This document shows positions 1-12,094 of a stretch of DNA of 57,567 nt, in pieces. How positions within the stretch are numbered: the first letter of the stretch is position 1; each line of letters starts with the position of its first letter. Position numbers and translations under genes: made by a program. A model generated the notes under the pieces. It did not search any database. It was not told the DNA's origin and saw nothing but the letters and a program-made list of their open reading frames with translations. This stretch comes from Actinomycetota bacterium (GTDB lineage: Bacteria > Actinomycetota > Actinomycetes > S36-B12 > UBA5976). The stretch covers positions 1 to 57,567 of the forward strand of contig VFKC01000026.1 in assembly GCA_009885745.1 (NCBI GenBank), given 5' to 3'.

Positions 1-306
1 AATCTCCTCAACGAAACACTCAGGAGACATCTGAGACATCGCTAAGTCAAAATTCAAAACTTCAACGCGATCTATTCCAATTGCTTCCAAAATTTCTTGG
101 CGTCGCGGCAGCAAAGTGAGCAAACCTTGAAAATCAAGTGGTCGTAAAAATGCAGTTGGATGCGGATCAAAAGTTGCTGTGACTGCAGATCCACCTAAGT
201 CCTTAGCTATTGCTATTGCCTGCTTAAGCAGCACCTGATGCCCTAAGTGCACCCCATCAAATACTCCGATGGTTAAAACAATTGGTCCGGATTTAACCTT
301 GTCCAT
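1..306 (-). CDS. ribF: Bifunctional riboflavin kinase/FAD synthetase, N-terminal part (runs off window start)
   Basis: Not in ORF track; manual translation from ATG at 306: [24 protein letters not shown] (GxFDGxHxGH motif); follows truB. Confidence 0.93.
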   Translation of the reverse strand, partial: MDKVKSGPIVLTIGVFDGVHLGHQVLLKQAIAIAKDLGGSAVTATFDPHPTAFLRPLDFQGLLTLLPRRQEILEAIGIDRVEVLNFDLAMSQMSPECFVEEI

Positions 307-1177
307 GCATGAACACCACCACAGGTACAAGTTCGCTGGAAACATTTTCACACAACGAGATAACTTCTCCACCTTCGGTGAAAACAGCGCTGATTCCCGA
401 ACCTGCATCAATCGGGGCAGGAATCTTCACGCCATGTCGAGCGCGCACTATTTCACTGTCGGGAATTACGAGCACCGAGAAAGCCGCACGCACAGCATCC
501 GCTAGCGGGATAAACTGCGGATTTTCTTCTAACTGGGCGAGTGCAACCATCTCGCTGAAAACCCCTGATCGTGTTCGCCTTAGAGATGTTAAGTGTCCGC
601 CGACTCCAAGCTGCTCACCAATGTCACGAGCAAGTGCGCGAATATAAGTTCCCGCACTGCAAACAACGCGTACTTTGACATCAATCAGATGCTCAAGATC
701 AATGTGTTCGATACTCAAAATCTCAAGGTCATGCACCATAACTTGTCGTTGCGGAATCTCTATCTCTTCGCCATCTCGAACTCTGGCGTAGGCGCGCTTA
801 CCATCAATTTTGATTGCACTGACATTGCTCGGACGTTGCCAAATGTGTCCGCGATAATCCCTGATAGTCTCCAAGATTTGCGTATCAGTTATTTGCTCGG
901 CGCTAACCTGCTTGAGGCTTTCGCCTTGTGCATCATCAGTATCTGTAGCAATTCCCAGTCGTATTGTGGCTACGTATTCCTTATCGGTTGCCGTTAGGTA
1001 GCCAAGAAGCCGTGTTCCGCGACCAATACCTAGAACTAACATGCCAGTTGCCATTGGGTCAAGAGTGCCTGCGTGACCAACTTTGCGGGTACCGAAAATG
1101 CGACGAGTACGGGCTACCACATCATGGGATGTTGGCCCCTGCGGTTTGTCGATTAATACGATTCCATCGATTGACAT
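293..1177 (-). CDS. truB: tRNA pseudouridine(55) synthase
   Basis: [37 protein letters not shown] motifs. Confidence 0.98.
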   Translation of the reverse strand: MSIDGIVLIDKPQGPTSHDVVARTRRIFGTRKVGHAGTLDPMATGMLVLGIGRGTRLLGYLTATDKEYVATIRLGIATDTDDAQGESLKQVSAEQITDTQILETIRDYRGHIWQRPSNVSAIKIDGKRAYARVRDGEEIEIPQRQVMVHDLEILSIEHIDLEHLIDVKVRVVCSAGTYIRALARDIGEQLGVGGHLTSLRRTRSGVFSEMVALAQLEENPQFIPLADAVRAAFSVLVIPDSEIVRARHGVKIPAPIDAGSGISAVFTEGGEVISLCENVSSELVPVVVFMHGQG

Positions 1178-1178
1178 G

Positions 1179-2180
1179 TTAGATCTTTGGCGCGCTTGCT
1201 AACTGAGCTGTTAGTTCTTCGATGAGGGCATCAATGTCATCTGATCCGGTGTATCCAGCAGCGAATCTATGACCGCCGCCGCCAAGTGCAGTTGCTACCG
1301 CACCGACATTTATCACTGACTTACTTCGCAGTGAACCTTTCCAGATACCGTCATCGGCTTGTTTGAAAACTGCGGCTACTTCAGCCTCGGATGTGCGACG
1401 TAGAACATCGATAACTCGCTCCATCGCCAATTCAGGTAAATCACCGCGTTGACCAGTAGCAATAGTCGTGTAGACAAGGCCTAAACCATTAACGGCTTCG
1501 GGAATTAGGACAGCATTTTGTAGCGCAGTTCCCATCATGGTCAAAGCATCAAACGGTTCATCATCGAATAGCAACCGCGCGATTGCGCTGTGGTCAATCC
1601 CCGTGTCAAAGAGTCGAGCGCCGATTCGCAGGGTCTCACCTGTGGCACCCTGAAATTTAAAGGAACCCGTATCCGTAACTAATCCTGCATAGAGACAAGC
1701 AGCGATGTCTTGGGTTAATTCAACATCCAAGAGGTCGATAAGTGTGAGCGCTATTTCTGCAGTAGCCGCAGCCTGTGGGTCAACAAGATGTATCTTGCCA
1801 AACCCGGTGAAAGACGCGTGATGATCGATGGCAATGGAGTTAGCAGCATCCCGCAAAACCAGAGCCAAAATTCCAAGTCTCTCGTCAGATGATGTATCAC
1901 AAGAAATGACTAAATCATGTGGCGCAATATCCTCGGGAGCAACAACAAGCTCTACCCCAGGTAAAAACTCCAACGATTGCGGAACAACAAAGTCAGGTTC
2001 CCCGACCGAAACCTGGACTGACTTACCAGCACTAACTAGGCCTAAGCCAATAGCCAAAGCTGAACCTAATGCGTCAGCATCAGGGGTGACGTGAGCAACT
2101 AAGAGCACTCTTTGCGCGACGGAAATTGCTTCAAGCGCGTGCTCCCATTCAGGAGACTTTGTATATTTGCTCATGATCAC
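1179..2180 (-). CDS. nrnA: DHH/DHHA1 family bifunctional oligoribonuclease/pAp phosphatase (start may be ATG 2174)
   Basis: [11 protein letters not shown], [20 protein letters not shown] motifs; conserved position after rbfA. Confidence 0.9.
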   Translation of the reverse strand: MIMSKYTKSPEWEHALEAISVAQRVLLVAHVTPDADALGSALAIGLGLVSAGKSVQVSVGEPDFVVPQSLEFLPGVELVVAPEDIAPHDLVISCDTSSDERLGILALVLRDAANSIAIDHHASFTGFGKIHLVDPQAAATAEIALTLIDLLDVELTQDIAACLYAGLVTDTGSFKFQGATGETLRIGARLFDTGIDHSAIARLLFDDEPFDALTMMGTALQNAVLIPEAVNGLGLVYTTIATGQRGDLPELAMERVIDVLRRTSEAEVAAVFKQADDGIWKGSLRSKSVINVGAVATALGGGGHRFAAGYTGSDDIDALIEELTAQLASAPKI

Positions 2181-2605
2181 TCATCTTCAGATGGTTTGCG
2201 GTAAGGATCGGCTTCACCGGCAAAATTCGCTACTTTAGCCTGGTCCTTCACGACCTTGTCAGCCGCACGTGCCTCATTGAGTAGGTCATCAATTACTCGG
2301 ACATTTTCTGGTAGCGCATCTCGAATAAAAACCACACTCGGCGTGAACTTTATTCCAGTTCGCTTACCAATCTCAGTACGCACTAATCCCTTACCTGATT
2401 CCAAGGCAGCAGCTGTGTTTTTGGCTTCTTCTTCGGTGCCAAGAACAGTGTAAAAAACAGTGGCTTCTCGCAAATCTGGTGTTACTCGAACGCCAGTCAC
2501 AGTTATGAACCCTAAACGTGGATCCTTGATTTTTAGTTCAAGGGTCTCCGCAACTATTTCTTGAATTCGCACGCCGATTTTACGGGCGCGACCTGCATCA
2601 GCCAT
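2177..2605 (-). CDS. rbfA: 30S ribosome-binding factor A
   Basis: IKDPRLGFITVTGVRVTPDLREATVFY; follows infB. Confidence 0.97.
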   Translation of the reverse strand: MADAGRARKIGVRIQEIVAETLELKIKDPRLGFITVTGVRVTPDLREATVFYTVLGTEEEAKNTAAALESGKGLVRTEIGKRTGIKFTPSVVFIRDALPENVRVIDDLLNEARAADKVVKDQAKVANFAGEADPYRKPSEDE

Positions 2606-2634
2606 TAGTTACTCCTTTGAAAAAGTACGCGCGA

Positions 2635-5397
2635 TTAAGCGCGCACCTTTTCACGCATTTCGAATGTTTCAATAACGTCGCCGACCTTGATGTCGTTGAA
2701 TGAGCCAAGACCGATACCACACTCGAATCCTTCACGGATTTCAGTGGCATCATCCTTGAAGCGACGAAGAGTGTCGACTGACAGGTCAGCCTTGACGACT
2801 GATCCGTCTCGCACCAAACGAGCCTTAGACTTGCGCTTGATTTCACCCTTAGAAACTACGCAACCAGCAATGTTTCCAAACTTACTTGAGCGATAAACCT
2901 CGCGCACCTCGGCTGAACCAACTTCGACTTCTTCGAACTCAGCCTTGCGCATTCCCTTAAGCGAAGATTCGATGTCGTCGATAACGCCATAGATGACGTT
3001 GTAGAACCGAATTTCAACACCTTCACGATCGGCCAAGTCGCGAGACTTGCCTTCAGGACGCACATTGAAACCGATAATCAGAGCATCTGAGGCTGCTGCC
3101 AGCGAAACATCATTTTCGGTAATTGCGCCAACACCACGGTGAATCACATGCAAGCTAACGTTCTCATCGCCCACATCAATTCCAAGTAATGCATCTTCAA
3201 GTGCCTCGACGGAACCGGATACGTCACCCTTAATAATGATCTTGAGCTCGGCAATTTCGCCCTTCTCAAGAGTCTTGAGTACATCTTCAAGCGTTGTACG
3301 CCCACGTCGCGCTGCAAGTTGTGCATTGCGCTCACGCGCTTGGCGTGATTGCGCAATCTGTCGCGCGATACGGTCCTCAGAAACAACTAAGAAGGTATCT
3401 CCGGCACTTGGTACGGATGTCAGGCCAAGAACCTGAACAGCACGTGCTGGTCCTGCTTCTGATACGACATCGCCATTTTCGTCCAACATCGCACGAACAC
3501 GACCGAAGGCATCGCCAACAACAATCGAAGCACCAGGGCGCAGAGTTCCACGCTGGACTAGAACAGTAGCAACAGGTCCACGGCCGCGATCGAGGTTGGC
3601 TTCAATTGCCACGCCTTGGGCATCCTGTTCAGAATTAGCATGCAAATCAAGTCCAGCATCGGCAGTAAGCAAAATTGAATCAATTAGTTGATCAATGTTG
3701 ATTCCACTCTTTGCAGACACATCGATAAAGATTGTGTCGCCACCGTATTCCTCAGGAACTAGGCCATACTCTGCGAGTTGACCACGCACCTTTACTGGAT
3801 CGGCGCCTTCTTTGTCCATCTTGTTCACTGCTACAACGATCGGAACTCCGGCAGCCTGAGCATGGTTAAGTGCCTCAATCGTCTGAGGCTTAACGCCATC
3901 ATCTGCGGCAACAACAAGAACCGCGATGTCAGTTACCTGAGCGCCACGAGCACGCATAGCCGTGAATGCTTCGTGACCTGGGGTATCGATGAATGTGATT
4001 GCCCGATCAATACCCTCATGCACGTGATGGATTTGGTAGGCGCCAATGTGCTGCGTAATGCCACCGGCTTCACGTTCGACAACGTCAGTTTGGCGAATCG
4101 CATCAAGCAACCGAGTCTTTCCATGATCTACGTGACCCATAACAGTTACGACAGGAGGACGGATAACCCAATCGGCTGCAGCGCCTTCGTCGGCAAATTC
4201 CAGATCGAATGATTCAAGCAACTCGCGGTCTTCATCTTCAGGGGAAATTACTTGCACGTCGTAATTTAGTTCCACACCCAAAAGCGACAAAGTGTCTTCG
4301 TTCACCGACTGAGTGGCGGTGACCATTTCGCCCATTTTGAACAACAACTGCACTAATGCGGCTGGCTCAGCGTCAATCTTGTCGGCGAAATCAGTGAGTG
4401 AACATCCACGAGCCAGACGTAAAGTTTGACCCTGACCCATGCGAACTGTGGCGCCACCCATTGAAGGGGCCTGCATGTTGTCCCACTCTTGACGCTTTGC
4501 CCGCTTTGACTTACGAGCCTTAGAGGGCTTGCCTCCCGCGCGACCAAAAGCACCCGCAGCTTGACCGCGACCACCTGCGGCTGGACGACCTCCACCTGGA
4601 CGACCTGGACCAGCTGGTGCGCCAGTTCCTGCGCCGGCTCCTGCTCCTGCCGGTCCGCCCGCGCGTTGTCCGCCAAAACCACCAGGACCAGCGGGACGAT
4701 CAGTTCTAGGTCCGCCAAATCCACCAGGACCGCCAGGTCCACCGGGACGAGCGCCAGCCGGACGAGGGCCACCAAAACCTGCAGGTCGAGGCGCGCCTCC
4801 TGGCCGAGGACCAGCAGGACGAGGTGCACCTGAAACGCCGCCGGCGCGCGGTCCACCAGCAGATGTAAATGGATTGTTGCCAGCACGAGGCGCGCCAGGA
4901 CGAGGTCCCGCGCCGCCAGTGGAGAACGGATTATTTCCTGGACGTGGTCCACCAGGACGAGGACCTGGACGCGGACCTGCTGCCGGCGCTGCCGGAGATG
5001 CCGCAGATGCCGCAGATGCAACATCAGGGGTTTCGGAGACAGGCACTGGCGAAGACGTTACGGGCTCTTGCTCAATATTCGGTTCAACCTCAACAGGGGC
5101 TGAAACGCGCGGGCCTGGCAATACTGAAGGAGTCACATCACTGACATCTTCAACAACTGGTGCAGGCGCGGCAGCTTTCTTAGCAGCTGCCTTCTTTACC
5201 GACGCTGGCGCAGCGGCTGCCTTATCGGCTGCTGCTTTTAATTCTGGGAATCTTGCGTGCAACTTTCGCACAGCAGGCGGCAGCACTGTTGCTGACGCGG
5301 ACTTAACATACTCGCCAATTTCTTCTAATTTGGCGATCATTTCCTTACTGTCTAAACCACATTCTTTAGCAAGTTCGTACACTCGGACCTTGGACAC
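2635..5397 (-). CDS. infB: Translation initiation factor IF-2
   Basis: [11 protein letters not shown]-terminus, Gly/Pro/Arg-rich linker, [20 protein letters not shown] GTPase motifs. Confidence 0.99.
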   Translation of the reverse strand: MSKVRVYELAKECGLDSKEMIAKLEEIGEYVKSASATVLPPAVRKLHARFPELKAAADKAAAAPASVKKAAAKKAAAPAPVVEDVSDVTPSVLPGPRVSAPVEVEPNIEQEPVTSSPVPVSETPDVASAASAASPAAPAAGPRPGPRPGGPRPGNNPFSTGGAGPRPGAPRAGNNPFTSAGGPRAGGVSGAPRPAGPRPGGAPRPAGFGGPRPAGARPGGPGGPGGFGGPRTDRPAGPGGFGGQRAGGPAGAGAGAGTGAPAGPGRPGGGRPAAGGRGQAAGAFGRAGGKPSKARKSKRAKRQEWDNMQAPSMGGATVRMGQGQTLRLARGCSLTDFADKIDAEPAALVQLLFKMGEMVTATQSVNEDTLSLLGVELNYDVQVISPEDEDRELLESFDLEFADEGAAADWVIRPPVVTVMGHVDHGKTRLLDAIRQTDVVEREAGGITQHIGAYQIHHVHEGIDRAITFIDTPGHEAFTAMRARGAQVTDIAVLVVAADDGVKPQTIEALNHAQAAGVPIVVAVNKMDKEGADPVKVRGQLAEYGLVPEEYGGDTIFIDVSAKSGINIDQLIDSILLTADAGLDLHANSEQDAQGVAIEANLDRGRGPVATVLVQRGTLRPGASIVVGDAFGRVRAMLDENGDVVSEAGPARAVQVLGLTSVPSAGDTFLVVSEDRIARQIAQSRQARERNAQLAARRGRTTLEDVLKTLEKGEIAELKIIIKGDVSGSVEALEDALLGIDVGDENVSLHVIHRGVGAITENDVSLAAASDALIIGFNVRPEGKSRDLADREGVEIRFYNVIYGVIDDIESSLKGMRKAEFEEVEVGSAEVREVYRSSKFGNIAGCVVSKGEIKRKSKARLVRDGSVVKADLSVDTLRRFKDDATEIREGFECGIGLGSFNDIKVGDVIETFEMREKVRA

Positions 5398-5538
5398 GTT
5401 TCTCCAGTCTGGCCCGACAAACTCTACTTATCGGACCGTCTCTTGTTTCTTCGCGCTCATTGCGAAGCGCATTGCTTGTTGGCGTTCATAACTAGAACGC
5501 TGACCTGACGATTGACATTCATACTCCCGATTTCGCGG
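5398..5538 (-). promoter_or_regulatory. infB 5' leader with three hairpins and chained mini-ORFs (putative translational control)
   Basis: Five ATGs in 141 nt; ORFs 5518-5492, 5489-5457, 5460-5428; stems 5500-5482, 5467-5449, 5437-5411. Confidence 0.4.
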
Positions 5539-5796
5539 TTAATACTGTTTAGTGGTGAGTAACGCATCTAGATGCGAAGTGTCGATTGTCACTAAGACGC
5601 GAAGCGCCCTGGTGAATAACCGACGATCTATTGCATTTTTGATACATTCCGATTGTTGGTGCAAGTACGCGCCTCGACCGGGGAAAGTTTGTGCAAAATC
5701 AGGTACAACCTGGTTTTTGCTTACAACTATCCGAATCAGTTCCTCTTGGTTCGCCTTTTTCCTACAGCCTAAGCAGGTGCGCATAGGTGCAGTCAT
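5539..5796 (-). CDS. ylxR: YlxR/RnpM (DUF448) RNA-binding protein
   Basis: PMRTCLGCR...GRGAYLH motif between nusA and infB; GGAGG upstream of ATG 5796. Confidence 0.93.
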   Translation of the reverse strand: MTAPMRTCLGCRKKANQEELIRIVVSKNQVVPDFAQTFPGRGAYLHQQSECIKNAIDRRLFTRALRVLVTIDTSHLDALLTTKQY

Positions 5797-5861
5797 TGTT
5801 CGAACCTCCATAATTCTAGCCCATGCAGGACCTAAAACTGCCCACTGAAAGAACAGATCAG

Positions 5862-6836
5862 TTAATCAGCCGGAATAACGTCTGATTTAATGTCGATTTT
5901 GGCGCCAGTCAAGCGCGCGGCGAGACGCGCATTTTGTCCCTCACGACCAATAGCAAGGGAAAGCTGGTAGTCAGGGACAACTACTCGAACCACCCGATTC
6001 TCTTCGTCAATAACCTTGGCCGAAATAACCTTGGCTGGCGAAAGGGCATGGGCAACATATTCAGCTAAATCATCACTGTAATCAACAATATCAATCTTTT
6101 CACCGCCAAGTTCGCTCATAACAGCGCGGACACGGCCACCCAAAGGACCGATACAGGCACCCTTAGGATTTAGCCCCGGTGCCTGAGTAGAAACGGCCAT
6201 TTTGGTGCGATGCCCTGCTTCACGCGCCAAGCCTTCAATGATTACTGTGCCATCGGCGATCTCCGGAACTTCAAAGCGGAATAATTCTTCAACAAGTCGT
6301 GGGTGGCTTCGCGACAAGGTGATCTCGGGAGCCTTCGGTCCCATCTTGACCGCAACTACGTAGCAACGAATCCGTCGGCCATGTGAATAATCTTCATCAG
6401 GGACCTTTTCTTCTGGTGGTAATTTACCTTCAACCGTACCGAGATCGACAAAAGTGATTTTGCGATCGCTGCCTTGTTGAATAACTCCGGAAACAACATC
6501 ACCTTCTTTAGCCTGATACTCAGCAACAGTTGATTCATCTGTTGCGGCCTTTAATCTCTGCGCAATGACACCTCGGGCGAGATTTGCTGCTACCCGACCA
6601 AAACCCGCAGGGGTGATCTCTGTTTCACCGAGTGAATTGCCATCCTCGTCATACTCAGTTGCAAAAACCTGGACATGTCCAGAGACCTGATCAAGATGTA
6701 CTCGGGAATCTTCAATCGCACCTGTTGAGTGCTGGTAGGCCACCAAAAGAGCAGCTTCAATAGCTTCAACAACATAATCAAGGGAGAGCTCGCGTTCACG
6801 AGTTAGCGCCTTAAGCGCAAACATATCAATGTCCAT
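5862..6836 (-). CDS. nusA: Transcription termination/antitermination factor NusA
   Basis: S1/KH domains; GACIGPLGGRV, LSLAIGREGQNARLAARLTG. Confidence 0.98.
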   Translation of the reverse strand: MDIDMFALKALTRERELSLDYVVEAIEAALLVAYQHSTGAIEDSRVHLDQVSGHVQVFATEYDEDGNSLGETEITPAGFGRVAANLARGVIAQRLKAATDESTVAEYQAKEGDVVSGVIQQGSDRKITFVDLGTVEGKLPPEEKVPDEDYSHGRRIRCYVVAVKMGPKAPEITLSRSHPRLVEELFRFEVPEIADGTVIIEGLAREAGHRTKMAVSTQAPGLNPKGACIGPLGGRVRAVMSELGGEKIDIVDYSDDLAEYVAHALSPAKVISAKVIDEENRVVRVVVPDYQLSLAIGREGQNARLAARLTGAKIDIKSDVIPAD

Positions 6837-7357
6837 TAGATTTCACCCTGCGAGAACTCTTCATCCACAATATCTTCATCGACAATATCTTCATCAACAA
6901 GATCTTCGTCAACGACTTTACGATTAAATTCCACTTCAATCATCGCCCGAGAAATGGTACTGATGTCAACAACTAGATTCTTGCCATCAACTTCTAGCGT
7001 GACATTTGGATTTTCAAAATCAACTATTCGACCAGTTACATTGATGGCTTTGCCCGATACTTCCACTAAGCGGGCGATGTTTCGTTCCCAGTGAATTGGT
7101 TTAACCAAAGGACGGCCAACTCCACGGGAACCGACTTCAAGTAAATAAGCCATCTCTCCCATAATTTCGGTCGAGTCTAGGTACTCGGACACAGCGCGAG
7201 ATACTTCTGCTACCTGATCTAGATTTACGCCGTCATCACCATCAAGAACAATTTCTAGCACGCGACGTTTGCCAGCCTTTGATAAATGCAAGTCATCGAG
7301 ATCAAGCCCAAATTGTGCCACAACCGGGCTCAGCAGTTTAGTCAATTCTTCGATCAT
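6836..7357 (-). CDS. rimP: Ribosome maturation factor RimP
   Basis: YLLEVGSRGVGRPL motif; first gene of nusA operon; acidic tail. Confidence 0.95.
   Translation of the reverse strand: MIEELTKLLSPVVAQFGLDLDDLHLSKAGKRRVLEIVLDGDDGVNLDQVAEVSRAVSEYLDSTEIMGEMAYLLEVGSRGVGRPLVKPIHWERNIARLVEVSGKAINVTGRIVDFENPNVTLEVDGKNLVVDISTISRAMIEVEFNRKVVDEDLVDEDIVDEDIVDEEFSQGEI
6858..6914. repeat. About 4 imperfect 15-bp in-frame tandem repeats encoding (VDED[LI])n at the RimP C-terminus
   Basis: tcttcatc[c/g/a]acaa[t/g]a units; protein VDEDLVDEDIVDEDIVDEE. Confidence 0.85.
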
Positions 7358-7443
7358 GGGCTTACCTTTTCAGTTGTGACGAACAGTTATGAATTTTTAG
7401 AATACCGCTACTTACCATGTACTAGAAACAAAATAGAAAAAAA

Positions 7444-8163
7444 CTAGAGTTCATTCCACGCGTCAACAATATTCAACACATCACCCAGCCTTTGGGCTAT
7501 GGCATCAGGAGTGATATTTAGCTCTGTTGACTGCGACGCTGGCAATGTCGTATGAGGAATCCAAATACCCCGCATCCCGATTGATTGAGCACCCTGAATA
7601 TCGTCAAAAAGCCTGTCCCCGACAAATGCAGCTTCATGAACTTGAACATCTAAATTGTAGACAACATCTGCAAAGACTGAATGGTGTGGTTTGCCAGCTA
7701 TTGTCTCGCTGGTAAACAACAAGTAATCGAAGAGATGCAAAATTCCATCGCGAGCCAAAACGGATTCGTGATGCGCGCGTGGCCACATCGTGTTGGACAA
7801 AACTGCTGTGCGAATACCTCGACCTCGAAGCGTCTCGAGCAACTCTTGCGCATCTGGATCCGTGAAAGTATGCGAATTCCATTGCGCAAAATAATGCTCT
7901 AATGCTTCAAAATGTAATTGGCTAGAGGTGTCAACGCCTACCTCATGAAATAACGCTTCGAGTGCACCAGTTCCAACTTCACCATTTGTATCGAATTGCT
8001 TTGACCAACGACGTTGCTCGCCAATGTTGAGCAACTCAGCAAGCTCATCGGTACGCGAAGGGTGATAAACCGAGGAGTAACCTCGCCAAATCTCAACCAG
8101 GTCAACATCGTGCCAAGGCGTAAGAGTGCCACCCCAATCGAAAATAACTGCTTTTACCGTCAT
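7444..8163 (-). CDS. HAD-superfamily hydrolase
   Basis: [10 protein letters not shown] motif [17 protein letters not shown] motif IV; ATGA overlap with proS. Confidence 0.9.
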   Translation of the reverse strand: MTVKAVIFDWGGTLTPWHDVDLVEIWRGYSSVYHPSRTDELAELLNIGEQRRWSKQFDTNGEVGTGALEALFHEVGVDTSSQLHFEALEHYFAQWNSHTFTDPDAQELLETLRGRGIRTAVLSNTMWPRAHHESVLARDGILHLFDYLLFTSETIAGKPHHSVFADVVYNLDVQVHEAAFVGDRLFDDIQGAQSIGMRGIWIPHTTLPASQSTELNITPDAIAQRLGDVLNIVDAWNEL

Positions 8164-9926
8164 CCAAGAATCTCGGAAATCAACGTGCTAGCGACGGTCG
8201 CCATCGCTAACTCGCGCTTTTCTCCCGCTTTGCGATCTCTGACTTCGATAACGCCATCGGCTAATCCTCGACCAACCACAACAATTGTTGGTATTCCAAG
8301 GAGTTCAGAATCGTTGAACTTAACACCTGGCGATACACCTCTGCGATCATCTAGCAGAACCCTCAAGCCGGCATTTTCCAACTCGCAAGCAAGTGAGTCA
8401 GCGGTTTCGAATGGCAACTCATCCTTGCCGGTTGCGATGATGTGAACATCAGCAGGAGCAACTTCGCGTGGCCAAATGAGTCCCTTCTCGTCATGAGACT
8501 GCTCAGCTATCGCAGCAACTGCCCGAGAGACGCCGATTCCATATGAGCCCATTGTCACTGTGACCAGAGTTCCATTCTCATCAAGAACTTTTAGGTCGAG
8601 TGCTTCTGCATATTTTCTACCTAAGGAAAAGATGTGGCCTATTTCAATACCGCGGGCAATCTCGATTGGTTCACCGCAGTTAGCACAAGCATCACCCGCA
8701 CAGACCGCTGCAGCCTCAACTACCCCATCCCAAGTGAAATCTCGTCCCGCGATTACTCCAAACGAATGCTGGTTCCATTCATTTGCGCCAGTAATCCAAC
8801 TAGTGCCATTCACAATGCGCGGATCCACAAGGTACTTGATGCCCGACTCAGAATTTAAGCCCAAGATTGCAGGTCCGATGTATCCCTTTTTAAGCATTGG
8901 ATAATTTTTGAAATCTTCATCCTCAAATGGGGCAAGCGTCGCTGGATGCAGCGCAGCTTCAACCCTCTTCAAGTCAATGTCACGATCTCCTGGCAAGCCA
9001 ATTACTAACGCAGATTGCGATCCATCCAGAGCAGTAGCCATCAACACAACGTTTTTAAGGGTGTCAGCCGCTGTCCAGGCACGTTGAGGATTCACTAGTT
9101 CAGCATTTTGGTTAGACATGGCAATAAGTTTTGCGATGGTCTCTGCTTTGGGGGTTGCTTTTACTACCGCAACGGGTGCAGAACTGAAATCCAATTCTTG
9201 GATCACAGGCGTAACAATCGCTTCGACATTTGCAGCGAGACCACAGGATGTACATTTCACGAAGGTATCCTCGCCCACTTCACAATCTGCAAGGAATTCC
9301 TCACTTTGTGATCCGCCCATAGCGCCTGAGACTGCCGAAACAATCTCATAAGACAAGCCCAATCGATTAAACGTTGAAATATAAGCGTCTCGATGTCGTT
9401 GATACGAGATTGCTAATCCCTCATCTGTGGAATCGAAAGAATATGAATCCTTCATCACGAACTCTCGGCCACGAAGAATTCCCGCTCTTGGTCGTGCTTC
9501 GTCACGGAACTTAGTTTGAATCTGATAGATGCAAAGGGGTAAATCTTTGTATGAGGAATACTCTGCCTTGACCATCAATGTGAACATTTCTTCATGAGTG
9601 GGTCCGAGTAAATAATCAACTTTTTTGCGATCCTGCAAACGAAATAGCGTATCGCCGTATTCATTCCAGCGATTCGTTTGTTCGAACGGTTCGCGCGGTA
9701 AAAGAGACGGAAAGTGCACTTCTTGGAAACCAGCAGAATCCATCTCATCACGCACAATTCGTTCTATGTTGCGATAAACAATGTAGCCAAGTGGTAGCCA
9801 CGAAAAAATACCTGGTGCAATTCGACGCACATAACCGCCACGCACAAGAAGCCTATGACTTGGCACTTCAGCATCGGCTGGGTCTTCGCGCAATGTCCTT
9901 AAGAACAAAGTGGACATGCGTAGCAC
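8160..9926 (-). CDS. proS: Proline--tRNA ligase (with editing insertion)
   Basis: [51 protein letters not shown]; AAGGAG 5 nt before GTG 9926. Confidence 0.98.
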   Translation of the reverse strand: MLRMSTLFLRTLREDPADAEVPSHRLLVRGGYVRRIAPGIFSWLPLGYIVYRNIERIVRDEMDSAGFQEVHFPSLLPREPFEQTNRWNEYGDTLFRLQDRKKVDYLLGPTHEEMFTLMVKAEYSSYKDLPLCIYQIQTKFRDEARPRAGILRGREFVMKDSYSFDSTDEGLAISYQRHRDAYISTFNRLGLSYEIVSAVSGAMGGSQSEEFLADCEVGEDTFVKCTSCGLAANVEAIVTPVIQELDFSSAPVAVVKATPKAETIAKLIAMSNQNAELVNPQRAWTAADTLKNVVLMATALDGSQSALVIGLPGDRDIDLKRVEAALHPATLAPFEDEDFKNYPMLKKGYIGPAILGLNSESGIKYLVDPRIVNGTSWITGANEWNQHSFGVIAGRDFTWDGVVEAAAVCAGDACANCGEPIEIARGIEIGHIFSLGRKYAEALDLKVLDENGTLVTVTMGSYGIGVSRAVAAIAEQSHDEKGLIWPREVAPADVHIIATGKDELPFETADSLACELENAGLRVLLDDRRGVSPGVKFNDSELLGIPTIVVVGRGLADGVIEVRDRKAGEKRELAMATVASTLISEILG

Positions 9927-10037
9927 TGGAACTCCTTTTTTAGACGAAGAGAAATCGCGATACTCAATCGTACTCAAAGTGAGTTGGCTTACTCCTTAAC
10001 GACTTGTTGAAAACTGCAGGTAGCCGAAAACTATTTG

Positions 10038-10874
10038 CTAGAAAAGAACCGTCGCGAATGTATCTATTTGAGAGAATCCAGTTTTTAGATAAGTCGCAAT
10101 AGCGGGCTTGTTATAACTATTAACATACAGAGTTGCCACAGGTGCAATGTCGTCTATTACATATTTGACTACTGCCGCCATCGCACTGGCCGCAAGGCCT
10201 TGACCGCGAAATTTGGGGTTGACCCAAACCCCTTGGATCTGGGCAACATCAGTACTCACAACGCCTACTTCTGCTTTGAAGATTACCTGCGCACCGGATG
10301 TGCGAATAAATGAATGTCTCTGCAAAATAATTTCACTTACTCGGCTTCGGTAAGCAGCAGAGCCATGCAAAATTGGGCTGACACCAACTTCTTGGGTAAA
10401 CATATCGACGCAGGCTGGGAATAACGCTTCTAGGTCCATTCGTGTTGAGTAACGAACTTGGTCATCAATTTCTAGCCTTGAATAAGTACCCATAGCAAGC
10501 AGTGGCTGAGACTCTCTAATCTCGCGAGCATTTCCCCAAGTTGGTTCAAGACACGACCATAAGGAAAGCACCTGTTGCGCTGGGCCAACAATGGAGGAGC
10601 ATCTTCGCCCCATGAGACTCAAAGATTCTACAAAGGCAGAAATCTGGCTCTGTTGAACATTGATTGGCATGAGATTAGCACCCGTTAAAATCACAGACTC
10701 TAAATGCCGATTATTGAACAGGCCTAGGAAATCATTTATAGGTGAACGCAGGTAATGTCTTGGTCGAGTAGAAAGATGGGCTATCGGAACAACATTTGCT
10801 ACCGCATTAGTCGAAAGCATCTCGCGTAAGGCACCAAGGTCCTTATTTTCAAGCGTGCGGATCTCCTGTGTCAC
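10038..10874 (-). CDS. GNAT acetyltransferase (DUF4081-associated, conserved after ispG)
   Basis: QIQGVWVNPKFRGQGLA, LYVNSYNKPA; GTG 1 nt after the ispG stop. Confidence 0.85.
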   Translation of the reverse strand: MTQEIRTLENKDLGALREMLSTNAVANVVPIAHLSTRPRHYLRSPINDFLGLFNNRHLESVILTGANLMPINVQQSQISAFVESLSLMGRRCSSIVGPAQQVLSLWSCLEPTWGNAREIRESQPLLAMGTYSRLEIDDQVRYSTRMDLEALFPACVDMFTQEVGVSPILHGSAAYRSRVSEIILQRHSFIRTSGAQVIFKAEVGVVSTDVAQIQGVWVNPKFRGQGLAASAMAAVVKYVIDDIAPVATLYVNSYNKPAIATYLKTGFSQIDTFATVLF

Positions 10875-10875
10875 T

Positions 10876-12030
10876 TTAGGAAACAGAAACGATCGGTGCG
10901 CCTTCTGCCTCCATGGACTCAGCAAGCTTCATGGCTTCCTCGATAAGCGTTTCAACAATTTCAGACTCGGGAACTGTCTTGATTACGACACCCTTAACAA
11001 AAATCTGCCCCTTACCGTTACCGCTTGCAACTCCAAGATCAGCTTCGCGCGCCTCGCCAGGACCATTGACGACACAACCCATAACAGCCACTCGAAGTGG
11101 TACTTCCATTCCTTCGAGTCCAGCAGTTACTTGCTCCGCCAGAGTGTAAACATCAACCTGAGCACGGCCGCATGACGGACACGAAACGATTTCAAGCCCA
11201 CGCTGACGAAGGTTCAATGACTCAAGAATCTGATTGCCAACCTTGATCTCCTCAACCGGTGGTGCTGATAGAGAGACACGAATTGTGTCGCCAATTCCAT
11301 CACTCAACAGCGAGCCGAAGGCAACTGCTGATTTGATTGTTCCTTGGAATGTCGGACCCGCTTCAGTCACACCTAGATGAAGTGGGTAATCACACTGAGC
11401 AGCAAGTAAACGGTAAGCCTGGACCATAATTACCGGATCATTATGTTTCACCGAGATTTTAATATCTCGAAACCCGTGCTCTTCAAAAAGTGAACATTCC
11501 CATAGTGCCGACTCCACGAGCGCTTCAGGAGTTGCTTTGCCATACTTTTCTAAAAGTCTTTTATCAAGTGATCCAGCATTTACGCCAATGCGAATGGGGA
11601 TACCGGCATCGCCTGCAGCTTTGGCAATCTCTTTAACCTTGTCATCAAACTGTTTGATGTTTCCTGGATTAACTCGAACTCCTGCGACTCCTGCTTTAAT
11701 CGCGGCAAAAACATATTTAGGCTGAAAGTGGATGTCAGCGATAACCGGGATGCCACTCTTTTTGGCGATAAGTGGCAACGCATCCGCGTCATCCTGGCTA
11801 GGCACTGCCACGCGAACTACCTGACAACCTGAGGCAGTCAATTCAGCGATCTGCTGCAGAGTCGCATCTACATCTGCTGTCAAAGTAGTAGCCATTGATT
11901 GAACACTGATTGGTGCATCCCCACCGATTGTCACCGCGTGGGTTGGATGTCGCAACACAATCTGACGCGAAAAGCGACGCGGTGCTAAAACTGGCGGTGG
12001 CAACGCGGGCAATCCAAGATTTACTGACAT
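10876..12030 (-). CDS. ispG: Flavodoxin-dependent HMBPP synthase
   Basis: [35 protein letters not shown]. Confidence 0.98.
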   Translation of the reverse strand: MSVNLGLPALPPPVLAPRRFSRQIVLRHPTHAVTIGGDAPISVQSMATTLTADVDATLQQIAELTASGCQVVRVAVPSQDDADALPLIAKKSGIPVIADIHFQPKYVFAAIKAGVAGVRVNPGNIKQFDDKVKEIAKAAGDAGIPIRIGVNAGSLDKRLLEKYGKATPEALVESALWECSLFEEHGFRDIKISVKHNDPVIMVQAYRLLAAQCDYPLHLGVTEAGPTFQGTIKSAVAFGSLLSDGIGDTIRVSLSAPPVEEIKVGNQILESLNLRQRGLEIVSCPSCGRAQVDVYTLAEQVTAGLEGMEVPLRVAVMGCVVNGPGEAREADLGVASGNGKGQIFVKGVVIKTVPESEIVETLIEEAMKLAESMEAEGAPIVSVS

Positions 12031-12094
12031 GACTCTATTATCGGCTACGGAGTCTCAACCCGCTTCATTAGCGTTCGGTAAAACACATTTTGCG

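Noticed and set aside
4540-5240. GC-rich repetitive stretch (ggacgagg, ccgcagatg units) with long overlapping ORFs 4353-5024 and 4874-5491
   Set aside because: Explained by the Gly/Pro/Ala/Arg-rich IF2 linker; the alternative ORFs are shadows. No constant repeat-spacer structure, so not CRISPR.
9927-10037. Possible T-box or leader upstream of proS; tactcaa direct repeat; extra AAGGAG
   Set aside because: Too short and lacks the T-box motif; TACGAT -10 plus an SD explain the region.
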